Positions 1-12,500 of a stretch of DNA of 64,000 nt are shown here, piece by piece. The notes under the pieces were generated by a model. It had not been told where the DNA came from. It searched no databases and worked only from the letters and a program-made list of their open reading frames with translations. Both the position numbers and the translations under genes were made by a program. This DNA comes from Nageia nagi (lineage: Eukaryota > Plantae > Pinophyta). Where the stretch lies: assembly GCA_050084985.1 (NCBI GenBank), contig JBITNC010000001.1:157356001-157420000 (forward strand), given 5' to 3'. The stretch's first letter is position 1; the number at the start of each line of letters is the position of its first letter.

Positions 1-686
1 AGTGAAAGCAATAGAATTGTACCATAGGGCAATGAGCGCTATATAAGTTTATTTATTGTTACTAGCAGTAGTCTCATTCATGGGTGGTATGAAATGAGGT
101 AACTGTATCAATAGGTGATGGTGTCATATAAAATTACTTATCGGGGAACGATATGATATTATTTGAAAAAGCGCAATCTTTGGTGATATGGGCCCCAAGA
201 GGAACCCAATCAACACCGTGATCAAAATGTTTGCAATTACGAATCTGGTAACGAGAAATGGATTGATCACCTTAAAGCATGTCTTCTAATGGATGAAGTT
301 AGTTGAGTAAATTTGGGAAACTCATGTCAACTATGGGGTTTGATCAACTCATTCAACTTGGATGGTCATTTGCAACAACTATTAATCCAAAAGTGGGGAT
401 TGTCTTGTTCAATTCATAGGTGTATGATAAATCATAAAACAACCCATATAGCCTTTTGACTATATTGACAGTGATTAATCAAAGGTTGATCATAAGCAAA
501 AGCATGGGTGATAAGGACTAACCATTATGATCAGTATGGTAAGGTTATAATCAAATTAAATAAATCATAGCTGAAAAATCATATTGTTTAGGGTAGTGAT
601 TAACCTAAGGTTGATTCCAAGTGGAAGCATGGGTGATAGGGGTTAACTATTAAGCTGGTATGATATGGCCTAAATGAAGTTAAGCA

Positions 687-726
687 TATTTTATCATATA
701 TATATATATATATATATGATAAAATA
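687..726. repeat. (AT)11 microsatellite inside a perfect 40-bp palindrome
   Basis: tattttatc-(at)11-gataaaata. Confidence 0.9.
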
Positions 727-2957
727 AAAAGATAAGAAAGAATGTAGGCCAAGGATATCCCACTTGTTTGTTTTGGCATTGTTTGCTTTCACTACACTTG
801 GTAAGGACATTTTGGATGGAGTTGCTTCTCTTTTCATAGAGTCACACATTTTGGATGTTCTTGTGTCGCAGACCTAACCTGAGGTCTATTGTTAGAAAGG
901 CATATTTCTGTTTCGTACTTGTAGGATTACCGGCCAAAACATGATTGCCAATTTCCCAACACAAGGAGCAACTTAGAATTCTCCAGCAATAGCAATGTCA
1001 ATATCAATTTTAACATCTGAGTTATTTTACATTTTTTCAAAAATAAGGAATTAACATAAGCGACACCTCAGCATGAATATAACAATTTTGCAGGGTAAAC
1101 GCAATTTTAGCATTTTTGTAGTTTTTAATCTAACACTTTTTGCTTTAAGTTGACTGTTCAACATTGGTCTTCACATGTAGCCCAAAGCAAGAATGGGCAA
1201 TCAATATCTTTTCACTTTAAAAAGAATGTGCTCATCCATTCTTTTTCCTGCCCTTTTCAGCCCTTGGGGCAAGGACAAGTCTTTGATCATATTATTACGA
1301 GCTTTTCGAAAGTTGTTTTTTTGGCTAATGCCATCTTGTAGGATCTTAACAAGGGCAATTGTCCAAGGTTTTATCATATATCCTTTTATGTTTTAGCCAT
1401 TTGAAATGACTTTAGTTGAGCGTTTTATTTGATATAAGCAAAATGTCTTTTTGGGATCCAGTTGGGGTAATTTTTCAAAATTGAGTAATATGTTCTAATA
1501 TTGAATTATCTTATGTGCACATCAACTTAAGTGAATTCAAAATTATACTTTTCAGAATCTATATAAGGCAAGGAGCAAAGGCTCATTTAATAGAAAAATA
1601 TGATTGGAATCTCTTGAAACAAATGAGGAATGTATCGAACAACTCTTTGGCATGCTCTAACGCTATTATCTTTTTCAAGACTTGTTTTCTTCCAAACTTT
1701 TCCTTAAGCCCTATTTGTAGGTACCAAGACTCACTATGCTTAGAATGTGCGCATTTTAGACCATATGCCCTAAAATTCTTGGATGTTTTGGAACCTTTGT
1801 CCTAGAACGTGGGTGATATGGTTTTTGAGCCAGATAGACCCAGAAACAGTTGTAGGAGCCGAGGCAGCCTAGTATAATACAAGTTAGTCATTCATCTTTC
1901 AAGGTCACAAGCTGCCCATCAATCTATCTTCGATTCATAGATTCTAGATAATTCTTCTCCTTATATCCTCTTGTAAACTTGCATGATCTAAATTGATAAA
2001 TCCTATACTGCATGTAGCTATTTATCTATTTTCATTCCTTAGACATAATTATCTGCCATATTTTAATACAATGTTCTCTTTTGTGTGCCAACAATTGTAA
2101 AAGAATGGATAGAATATGGTTGAATCTCAACTGGCCTATTTTTATATGATTTGCCTAATGACTTGCGTGTGGATTTTGTTCAACTGGCCTATTTTTTAAA
2201 TATATTTTAAACCCTTGTTTTTAATTTCAAAGAAGGGCACTTAAACTCTGTCCTAACTGGCCAAGTTTGAAAGGTAGTGTAGAAATATTAAGGGAAAGGA
2301 TGTTAGGTTTTGAGCTTCAGCCTTCAGTATGGAAATTACCAACTTTACTAATCCACCTTATGTGGGCAGGCTTATTCATGTGGCTTATTGGTCCCTTATA
2401 ATTTGGTAAATGCAACTAACTAGCTTTGAAAATTGCGCTTCAAATATTGTGTCAGATTTCATCTCATGTTAAGGATGTCCAACTTTTTCTACATTAACTT
2501 TTATGTGTGCCATTCAGCATCCTTTTTCTGCTTTGTTTACTGCTGGTTCTAAAGATCGAGTAGAATAGTCAGTATCTTTGTAGTATTGTTAATTGTCATT
2601 TTCTTTCTTGAAGCATATGATTCTTGAACTAGACAGTCTTTGCCTGCAGTACAGAAGAGTAATATTGTTATTGTATCTTCTTAAGCAAACTAGAGCGTGG
2701 TTCATTTACCTCTGCCTTTTGTTTGCAAGTAAGATATGCTTATTACTGCAGTTTGATGATAGAGAAATATGCAGTCTCAAGATTTACTCTTGTATTCTTG
2801 TGTCCTAAATAGATTTGCTAGTTCATGGGATTGATTTGTTACTGATACATATTTTTAGAAGCTGTTCGTGTTGAAGGAAAGGCTTCTTCTCATTTTAAAG
2901 GGTATGCCGATGGATCCTGTTTGTAGAGACCAGTTGAATAGAGATGTTTTGATTGAC

Positions 2958-3305
2958 TTTCATTTTTGATGTTTTACTACTATGACAGCATTTGAGCAGT
3001 TGGGTTAGGCCTTGAGGACATGTTTGTTAAACATCAATATTTAAATCAGTAGCATAACTATTTTAGCTATTTGGAAATATTTATGTGGTGACTTATCAAT
3101 CTTGCTATATTCTTTGTGCTTGCATTCAAGTGTTTCATTTTTGATGTTTTATTACTATGACAGCATATGAACAGTTGGGATCGGCCTCAAGGACATGTTT
3201 GCTTATTATCAATATTTAAATTAGTAGTATAAATATTTTAGCTATTTGGAAATATTTATGTGGTGACTTATCCATCATGCTATTATCTTTTTGTATGCGT
3301 TAAGT
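2958..3305 (+). repeat. Two-copy tandem duplication, ~175-bp unit
   Basis: tttcatttttgatgtttta...ttggaaatatttatgtggtgacttatc repeated at 2958 and 3133. Confidence 0.9.
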
Positions 3306-3343
3306 ATATCATATGCAGTCCTTAAGGCTATTTATTTTACCAG

Positions 3344-3523
3344 GCAATGGTGCGAGAGCAACAAGTGCATCCTATGTGGGGATCATATGCACAGCGACTC
3401 CTTAACTCTGAAGAAAATCTTTGGCGAAATCCTAGTAATGGAGGCCATGATGACAAAGCACATCCACCTATTCACCCTACAAAGTTTTCTGCAGGAGAAA
3501 ACAATTGGAGTGCAGATCACAAG
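3344..3523 (+). CDS. TOP3A: DNA topoisomerase 3-alpha, internal exon ([20 protein letters not shown]...[16 protein letters not shown]...DHK)
   Basis: Acceptor ttttaccag at 3341-3343; 180 nt. Peptide matches plant TOP3A ([26 protein letters not shown]). Ends at a GC donor AAG|GCAAGT. Upstream exons, including the catalytic Tyr, are not in the window. Confidence 0.97.
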
Positions 3524-3706
3524 GCAAGTAACATGCTTGTATTAGGTATTTAAATCAGATTACAAGAGGAAGATTAAAGCAGATTGTGTGTAACGGTTGT
3601 TAGGTGTGAAGAGCAAAAGGTTTTAAAGAATTAGGCACTATTCTACTATTATGAAAATCCATATAAATATTGTCTGTTGATTGTGATCCAAGGCTATCTT
3701 TTTCAG

Positions 3707-3835
3707 AGGCTTTACGAGTTGGTTGTCCGCCATTTTCTTGCATGTGTATCACAACCTGCTCTAGGTGCCGGAACAACAGTTGACATTGATATTGCTGGTG
3801 AAAAGTTCTCGGTTTCTGGGCTTATGGTTATAATG
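3707..3835 (+). CDS. TOP3A: TOP3A internal exon ([18 protein letters not shown]...SGLMVIM)
   Basis: tttttcag acceptor, gtaag donor at 3836; 129 nt, phase 0; matches plant TOP3[17 protein letters not shown]. Confidence 0.97.
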
Positions 3836-4736
3836 GTAAGGATTATTCAATTTCTTTTCTTGTTTATTTTGAAAACTGAAGCTACTTTAAAAAAAAATAT
3901 ATTATTGTACATGAGGGCTACCTAATTCCTACTTGGCATGAAAAAAAGTAATGATTACAGCATAATTGATTGCATCCCCAATCAACATTAATATTAAACT
4001 GTCAATGCAGAAAATACGTATGTCTAAACTAAGTACAAACATCATCTAAACATGAGAAACACATGTCAATAAATTATGTTTTCAAGCCTTCGTAAATATT
4101 CTTACATCTCGTCTTTGAAGGGAAAATTAAGCATAATACTGTATCACATATTAGTGGGTCCAAGCAGGCCATTCAGATTGAAGTGCAATTATTAGGCTAA
4201 CAAAAAATGGTTGAGATCCATAAGTTGGTTATTATCATGAATGTCTTTATAGCCTTTTGTGATTTAATTCTCCTTGTGCAGCCCATATTTCTAATGTTGG
4301 ATACAGCAAGGCTGCTATTAAAATACTTTATGCTTCTAATTTGTGAAAAGCAAGGATAATGAAATTTTGTGTCTGTTTGTTGTTGAATTATTTTGACATT
4401 CCACTCATCCTAAATAATAATTATATTGGTTTTAGGGTGACAACAGTGATAAAATTAAATTGGAATTCTCTTTTCTCTATGCTAGTGAAATATTTTCTGA
4501 AACTGTTGTTTCGTTTCTCATAGCTTGCTTCATGAAAGACTTGTTATCAGCTGAGCCTCGTTAAGGGACTATTGTGATGTTTGATGTATGCGTTTTATGT
4601 TGTGTGTTCTTCATGGATTTCATACTTAAAAAGAGTAATATATGATAATAATGCAAATACTTGGGAATTCTTTGTCCATGTATTATGCCTATGTGGCTTT
4701 TGAACTGTATTTAACATCTATTTTCCATTGTTGCAG

Positions 4737-4811
4737 AAAAACTACTTAGAGATTTACAAGTACGAAAGTTGGGGAGGCTCAACTATTCCGACATTTCTTC
4801 CTGGACAGCAG
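4737..4811 (+). CDS. TOP3A: TOP3A internal exon (KNYLEIYKYESWGGSTIPTFLPGQQ)
   Basis: ttgcag acceptor, gtgaat donor; 75 nt; matches plant TOP3A KNYLEVYRFESWGG...GQQ. Confidence 0.96.
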
Positions 4812-5199
4812 GTGAATGTTTGGTTTGTAGTTAATACCTTTGCTAGCATAGTCATTTCTCTCTTCAGAATTGTAAATAATGGTTGACATATAAAAAAGAA
4901 CATCTTTTGTTAGTTTATTTACCATAGGAGAAGGTTTCTGATTTATGTTCCTTAGAAACTGATTTGTACCAGTAGCCAAATTTATGTGCTGCAATAATGA
5001 TCTAGACAAGGTAGTGTCAGGTTGCCATGAGAGACTTGCTGCCACCAGCCAGAATGCATAAATTATGATGAAATTGACATAATGTGCTGTAGCTTTACAA
5101 ATGTAATCAATATGAAAAACACAATAACATGTATGACGCAAAGTAATGATAAGTCAGGCCTGCACACTGAAAGTTGCACTGCAGCTCTGTAGGATGGAC

Positions 5200-5739
5200 C
5201 AGGGGTGACCAAAAAGGTTAAAGAGACTTGGAAATACAACTAATTGAAATAGAATTAAACTAGGGAAAAAGACTCTAGAGAATGAAAGTTTACTAAACAA
5301 AACAAATGGGTAAGGATGTAAAGGGAGATAGAAAGCTCCGAACCTTAACCGTAAAATTTCATAAGTGAGAGGGGAGGGGGTCTCTAGTACTAAAGTGAAG
5401 AAAGGGGAAAGAAAGTATATTAATGTCCACAGATGACCAATAGTGGTAAATGGGACTAATGAATACAATCATTTGTTATGAGCCAATGTAACAGTTAATG
5501 GGTCCAATCTAAGAAAAGCATGTAGAAAACGACATAAGTACAAATAAATCTTAACAACAAGAATCTAACCCAAAATGCGAGAGATATACAAAGGGAAGGT
5601 CAAGTAAGGGTTGGCTCGGGTCTCTTAAGGGAGGAGGCCATGGATGCTTTCGGCCTTGGGGAGAGATCTCACTCATTCGTAGGGGTCACCCTGAAGACCT
5701 ATTGTTGGAAGGGAAGAAAGATGAGATCTGACATGACCT
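5200..5739 (-). repeat. Dispersed repeat, probable LINE 3' region remnant (approximate bounds)
   Basis: 5410-5460 is homologous to 57605-57660 (aagtatattaatgtccacagatgaccaatagtggtaaatgggacta vs aattctattaatgtccatgggtgaccaaaagtagtcaatgggacta). LINE assignment is inference. Confidence 0.4.
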
Positions 5740-8395
5740 TGTGATGCTCCCAAATTATTCTTATTCCAAAATATTAGTGAATCAAGCAATGAAACAAGAA
5801 ATAATGAAAAACAACGAATCAATGCCACAAAACATCCAATGCACAAGCCAAAATGGAGAAATAATGCCAACATCTCAAATTATGTCATTGACGGAGCAAG
5901 ATACAACCAAATGGTCCAAGAGGGCTGACGTTTGGCTCAATGGACTAGATCTAGTGCACAATACTCTCCAAATGCTGGTGTCACATTTATAGGGCCTTCA
6001 ACCTCGTATTTGAATTGCAAAGTTAGTTTGACTAAGGGTTTTCGTCCTTAGCCAAGATCTAGTGAGGGCTACATCCCACTAAACCCTTCTCCATGTTGGG
6101 TTTCTATCCAACAAGAGGCCCAAGAGATGGCATTGCTAGTACGAAGATAGAAGATGTCAAATGTACTCAATGCCATCCTACTCTTGCGCCAACCTTATAA
6201 ATAGGATTCCCTCAAGGATGGGTTCCTACACACCCATTATGGAGACGTCATGGTTGGGCGTCCACATCATGCCTCGAGATCACATCAAATCATGCACTCA
6301 TCCTCTAATAATGCGTCATGCCTTGGGATTCACAATATTACACTTAAATGCTCCTAATCTATTTCTAGGAGGGAGACGTCCCACTTTGGGGCTCACAATT
6401 GGTCCTTGGGACCCATAAGTCTCCTATCCCAAGTTACAATGATGCCTAAGAATACATGCAACTAATAATTAAATACTCCTAGCTACAAATTACCCCTAAA
6501 AGGAACGACTTCAAGAAGGGAACATCACAGTCTTGCCTTCTCTATTTGCTTGACCTCAAGGAATACAAGATTATTGCATACCATAATTTCTTCAAAGTGA
6601 TGAAGTTTTGTCTTCAATGTATCATTGGCAACATCAATATCCATACATGCCGTGAATGATTTCTAAAGTACCATCTTCATCATATCAGCTTCATCCTTCA
6701 TGTCTTGCAAATAAGCATATATGAAATCTACTAAATCATGTCTCCCATGCTTAGCTCTGATGCATAACTGATCACAAACTGAGAAAGCAAGGGATGTAAC
6801 AACTTTTCTTCTTCCCTCCTTGTCAATTACCGAACAACCCACAACCCTTAAGCATGTGTGAACGTTTGGCAAGGGGAGTGCCAATGTTGGGTCTTCACCC
6901 ATCTCTCCCAAAAATGCAAGGGATCTCATCCACAACCGAGCTCTAATGACAGAAAACAAATCAGTCCCAATGACGCTTATGGAAGCCCACACAATGCCTC
7001 CTTCTCTTCCACACTGTATTGTTGTTATGCTCCCCTTTGACGCAGCCCATGGAGAGTGGAAGGAAGCTTTCACAACTTTGCCAAGGAACTCCCAAACTAA
7101 CCCTTCTCCAATGGCAGCCAAACCATCATCATGTGCAGCCATAATATAACCAAAAGCCACCAACGAGTTTGCTTCATCCTTGACACCTTCAATCCTATAG
7201 TGAAAATTTCTCCAAGTAATCTTGAAGAAGATCATTAATGCCCTCTTTGAAGCTGCTAGCAAGGCATGATTATGTGCTGAGCTTGGAGCATTAATATCCT
7301 CCAATGTCACCCAAACTCCCTTGATTTTGCCAGCAATCAATGCAGTCCTCCACGCATGCATTTTAGTGTCGAAACATGTGTACACAAGTTTACCAAGTGT
7401 AGCCATTGTGGTTGCTATTAACTTCTCAATGCTACCGACCTTTTCCCAACCTTGATTGTGAACCAAACTCAAAATACAATTAGAAATCAATAAAGCAAAA
7501 TCATCATTCATGACATACCTCCAACCAAGGCCTTCAAGGTCACCACTAGTTCCCCAATTTGTAGAAGAGGCATCAAAGGGTGGACGTACGGTGCCAAGAC
7601 AAGGTTTGGCTGTTCTAGCCTCACCAAACTCCTCTCTATGCATCCCAACTCATGATATCCTCTCCCCGTTGCTGCAGATGACTCGACGTTGTCACGTGGT
7701 TCCTCTAGGGCGTCATTCTTCCTAACGATTGTGACATCCTCTTGGTCAAGTGGTTTGCCTCCCCATACTTTCTCCAAATGGCTAGATGAAGCCTGAGGAA
7801 AGTAGTCCTTGATACCTTGCATTGTGTACTCCTTCCCATCTACTTCACACTTCATCACCAACTTTTGAGAATTTGAGCGGATGTCTCCCAGGTTTTTCAA
7901 CCGTTGCACTCCAAAAATCAAATGTGGAATACCATCCAAGGGGTATACGTAGAAGTCTTCCCTAGCCACATAGTTGTGGACCCTTACTCCAAACTTCTCC
8001 ATTATCTTGTCCACCAATGTGAATTTCCCATTGGCGTTGGTCATATGAAATCCCTCAAACTCCTTGGTCTTGAGTCCCTTCTTGTGCACAAATTTATCAT
8101 CAATGAATTTGTGTGTGGTACTCAGATCTATCAAGACCATCACCTCTTGGTTTGCAACCATCCCTTCACCTTAAGCGTGAAATATTTAGGTAGTTCACAA
8201 AGTGATGCAATCATATCTCCTATAGCATCCTTACTATCAGGAGTAAGGCATTCCAGCTTCAAATCCAAACCTCCCAAGTCTAGCAACAAATCTGAATCAT
8301 CATCCTTCGAAAGCATCTAAATGTAGTGAAGTTGACCCTTGCCCAAGCACCTAAGGCCATGCTCCCAAGTTTTCTTGCAACTGAGACATAGGTTC
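5740..8395 (-). mobile_element. Element A: 3' part of a non-autonomous Ty3/gypsy element (gag C-terminus, protease, unknown ORF, PPT, 3' LTR 5740-6529)
   Basis: LTR with tgtgatg...catcaca termini. Purine-rich tract agagaaggcaagac (minus strand) just 5' of the LTR. Gag Cys motif NLCLSCKKTWEHGLRC at ~8345-8395. Interrupted at 8396 by element H1; 5' half not found. Confidence 0.85.
7810..8161 (-). pseudogene. Ty3/gypsy aspartic protease remnant (VLIDLSTTHKFID...HLIFGVQRL)
   Basis: Degenerate LIDSGATHNFI and ILGxxWL retropepsin motifs; not followed by RT. Confidence 0.85.
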
Positions 8396-9504
8396 TATTG
8401 ATGTGAGTTTCTTTCCCCCCATGGGAAACAATGCCGTAGAGGTGAGATAGCATGACCTACCCCTACTTGAAAGGATTCTAACCCCAAGGTTTACTTTATG
8501 GTTTGGCAAATGTTCAGTAATGGTGGCTTAATGGTTGTGTGTTTCTCTCCTTTGTCACAAGATAACTCTGGTGAGGATGTGCTCGGGTGATTAACTCACA
8601 ATTTGTTACGGACCTATTGGGCTCTTTACAATATAATGTTCTCGTGGTTGTACGTAAAAGCAAAAAATGGTGATTGAATTGACTGGTTGATGGAAGTGAT
8701 AAATGATGGCTTGTAATTGTTGTGTAACGTCTAGTGTTTTATTTCTTGGATTTATTATGATGCTTCACAAACTAGCAGGCAAGGAGGATAATGACTGAGT
8801 TCTAATCCCCTCCAAGCAAGAGCATGGGGAAACAATCAAGGTGGACAACGAGTGAAATGAATTGTTCATTTATCATCCCAATGAAGCATTCTAATCAAAT
8901 GACATAGGAATAAAGGATCCTAGAATACAAGTCATGTGCAAATCGTAGAAACAACTATTCATATGCTTAAGAAAGACATTCAACTGTCTTTTCCTAAAAT
9001 GCAAAACTTTCAAAGAGAATGATCATAAACATACAAATAACCAACTAGACAACATACCAAATATGTTATATAGCGAATCCACTATCCCACGAAATAAAAG
9101 GCATCACTTGCATTAGCATTAATACCAGAGCTTCCTTGAAATGACAAAGCAATGTATACAACTGGAAGCTTCAACTCCAAAAGCCCTTCCTACAAAATGA
9201 TCCAACTCGAGTACTTATAGCATCAAGTTTGACACCCTCATTAAATGAGGTGTTGCAGTGTTTCCCGAAAATAGCAAAAGGAAAACCTAATACTATCAAA
9301 GCAAATACCATCAATTATAAAACTGTCAAACATCATGAAACCGAGACCACAAAATACTGCTATCACACCACATCAAACTTTCTTGTGGTTGTGGAGCAAA
9401 AACTCATCCTTCATAGCACAAGTAAAAGAAAGTTTCATATGAATTTAAGATATAAAGTCTTTTGAAAAACTTCCTCTCCAACTAACAAATATGCATTTTT
9501 CCCA

Positions 9505-12500
9505 TTATGCATTGGCATCTCCATCATGCATGGCAAGAAAGGCTTCCTCTGGAATTCCATTTGAATCATCGTTGAAGAAAGTCTTTGCCTTGGAGAATCC
9601 TACGGCAAGTGCTCTTGGCAAGTAATCATCCTTCCTGGTATGGAAATTTGCGATGCAACGAGAGGTACATTCCATCTGGAATTTCCAAATGAAAAGCTTT
9701 TGTTGGTTTTCAACGTATCTTCCCACCTTGAGCAAGTTCACATCCTTGGTGAAGAGAAGCTCTCGGACAATGTTCTGGACTCTATGGGTGATAAGCTCAA
9801 TCTTCCTTGTGCTCCCATCTTCATTGATGTACTGGATTTGTTTAGTGAACTGACCCATCTCAAAAGCTTGGGTTATCAACAAGTTTGACCTTGTTTTAGT
9901 CAATTTCATGCATTCATCCTCTACATATTTTAGCCAGCGCAAATGGTAGGAGAACTCCTAACAATACTGTATCATATCCGGATGACTCATCGACATATTC
10001 CTTAGATTGTGCATGGTTTGCTCGTGAGTTTTCATTGATTCTAATAGCTAGGACATCGCGGCAGACATATTCTCGTCTTCCTTTTTCTCGTCTATGTAAT
10101 ATCCCTTTTGTAATATATTTATTATTGCGTTATACTTTAAGTTAATACTTGGGATAGAAGACTTAATGGGTCAATAGACCCTAGTGTGAGCCCCAAAGTG
10201 GGACGTCTTCCTCTCAAGCATAGAATGGCTATTTCAATATACTTGGAGATCCGAGTCATGATTATGGGAATCCCAATGTCTATTCAGCACTTAGATCGAT
10301 GGATGAGCACTTGTATACATGCGCTAGCCTTGGGGAGACTCTTAGATCCCCACGTTGGCCCATGATGACAACTAGCCCCCACACATGGCTCCTATTCCCA
10401 CGTTGGGCATGCGTGGCACTCCAGATAGCCACGTTGGCACTCAGGTTCCCCACGTTGGCATGCTTGACCCCTAGGCACCCACACTAGGCATTCTGTGCCC
10501 TCCTACCCTTTAGGAGGCACACTTTGGTTTAGAGGAGCTAGTAATGTTTCCTAGGTGAGATCCAGATCCAGCCAAGTGTTATAAAAGGACATTTGAGCCT
10601 TATTACTGGATATACTTGATCATTATACTTTCATATCGTCCAGAGGACAACAAGTCTTAGCGGTGCTAAGCAACCTTCCTAGGCGCAACATCTAGAGGGC
10701 ATTCAGACTGAGGGATCCTGTCTGTCTATGACATTGGCACAATGCCCTTGTCCACCCGGTGGTATTCCGAGGTATTGGTTCTATCATTCAGTTGGTTATC
10801 CAGGATAAGAGAAGGGCTCCTTCGCTGGAGAGGATTTGGGTTCTAAGGGAGCGTACTGTCCCATTATGCCAATATTGTTCCAGATAGAGGCATTTGTGTT
10901 ATGCCCTAGTTGGCTCCTTAGAGGCCATTGTTAGCCCTCCTAAGCTTTGTATTGTATTGCATTATTTCATATCATTTGTATACTGTCAAGGACAATTGGA
11001 TCTCATACTCGTGTTGTGTTTATTCATCTTGTGCATGTGTTGGATCGTCATTGTTGTATATGCTTGTATTTATCAGACGTTAGCATTATGGTGTACAGTT
11101 GATCGGATAGTGAATGTTCTAGCCAGACGTGGGTTTATTAATGTTGTGTATGTGGAATATTGATTCCCTAATGCTAATGTTGTCGTCTTTAGAGTTTGAA
11201 TGCTTATTGTGGATGCCCTAGGCTTGAAGTCATGGTGATTGAGGTTGAATTTGCCTATTTTGTATCCGAATTGCATTTTGGATCATCGTAGTCCATGGGA
11301 TTGCAACTTGGAGGGAAAGCTTGTTCACTACCTTCATGACCCCATTCACTAGGGCTTCTTTTGTCGGGGTTATGCCAATGTTTAATGAGGCTTGCTGCTT
11401 GATGTCTTCGATGGACATTTTGGTAGCTTCAATCTCTTTCACCATCTTGTTTTTACTAGCAAGCTCTTGCTTTGATTCCTTGATCTTTTGCTCCTTCTCA
11501 ATCTCTTGGTTCACCATCGTGTCTACATTATAGTTGATGGTTTGTTTTCTCCCCGTTCATCAAATTTTCTTGACCTTATATTGCTCGATGTGGACCTGTA
11601 CATCTTGCAAGCCTTGAGGGTGTCTTTGCTTCGAGTTACACCTGTTAATATTCATCGTGTCCTTCTTCATAGAAACAAAGGTCTCAAGCTCTTCAACCAA
11701 GAATTCTTCAGATGCATTTTCCATTCTATGATTGGAATCTTCATCATCTCTTCGATATCTTACTTGCAGATTTTTTATAACTGCATCAATGTCGAAATTG
11801 TATTCTTTGTGGGGACCAGAACTTGCGTATGCGACATTGGCCGAGTTGGTATCTTTGTTTAGGAATGTCTTCGATCCTTAGAGGGTTATCTTGAATACTT
11901 AGGGCTTATGGCTACCATGCTCTAGTTGCTTTCTCTTCTTTCTCTGTTCTTCATTTTCACCCTTGTCCTCCTCATCTACTCCATCACCTCTCAAAGGAGG
12001 AATTATCTTGCTAGGAATTTATGGTTTTTTGGGTGTCGCTTTGTGAGCCTCCTTTCCGAGTGGCGATCTCTTCATCTTGCATGGGATAGTGGACTCAAAG
12101 GAACCGAATTGCTTAATTGGCAGTGATCCTGAATGTACAAGTTCACTTGTAGTCTTAGATTCTCCTTCGACGTCCACAAATTGGATGTCTTGGGAGCTCG
12201 TCTGGGAGTGATCATCATCCTCATGTTCCGTTTCTGCATCATCCTCTTGCTCTATTTCTGCATCATACTCCCATTCTTCTGAGTTGGATTCCGATGAACT
12301 AGAAGAGTGAGAGGATCCCTCAGAACCTGAAGAATAAGTGGATGAAGAATGGTGAGGTGAAGCTGGCTTTTCTGTTTGGTTTGCAATTGGAACTTCAACA
12401 ATATCTTCATCATCCGCAGGAACTTCAACTTCAACTTGGTCTTCCGTAGGTGTTAAGAGATTGGGAATGGTCAAAGCAAGTTCTAGTGTAACAGGAGCAA

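Noticed and set aside
900-1860. AG|G acceptor-like sites at ~924 and ~1720 as upstream TOP3A exons
   Set aside because: Downstream translations do not resemble the expected TOP3A segment (AEELYQAGFISYPRTET); the region looks repeat-derived
3528-3533. Canonical GT donor (gtaaca) 4 nt after the GC donor
   Set aside because: Adds 4 nt and shifts the frame relative to the next exon and to plant TOP3A
4779-5141. 120-aa minus-strand ORF
   Set aside because: Antisense to a TOP3A exon/intron boundary, no recognisable motifs; chance ORF
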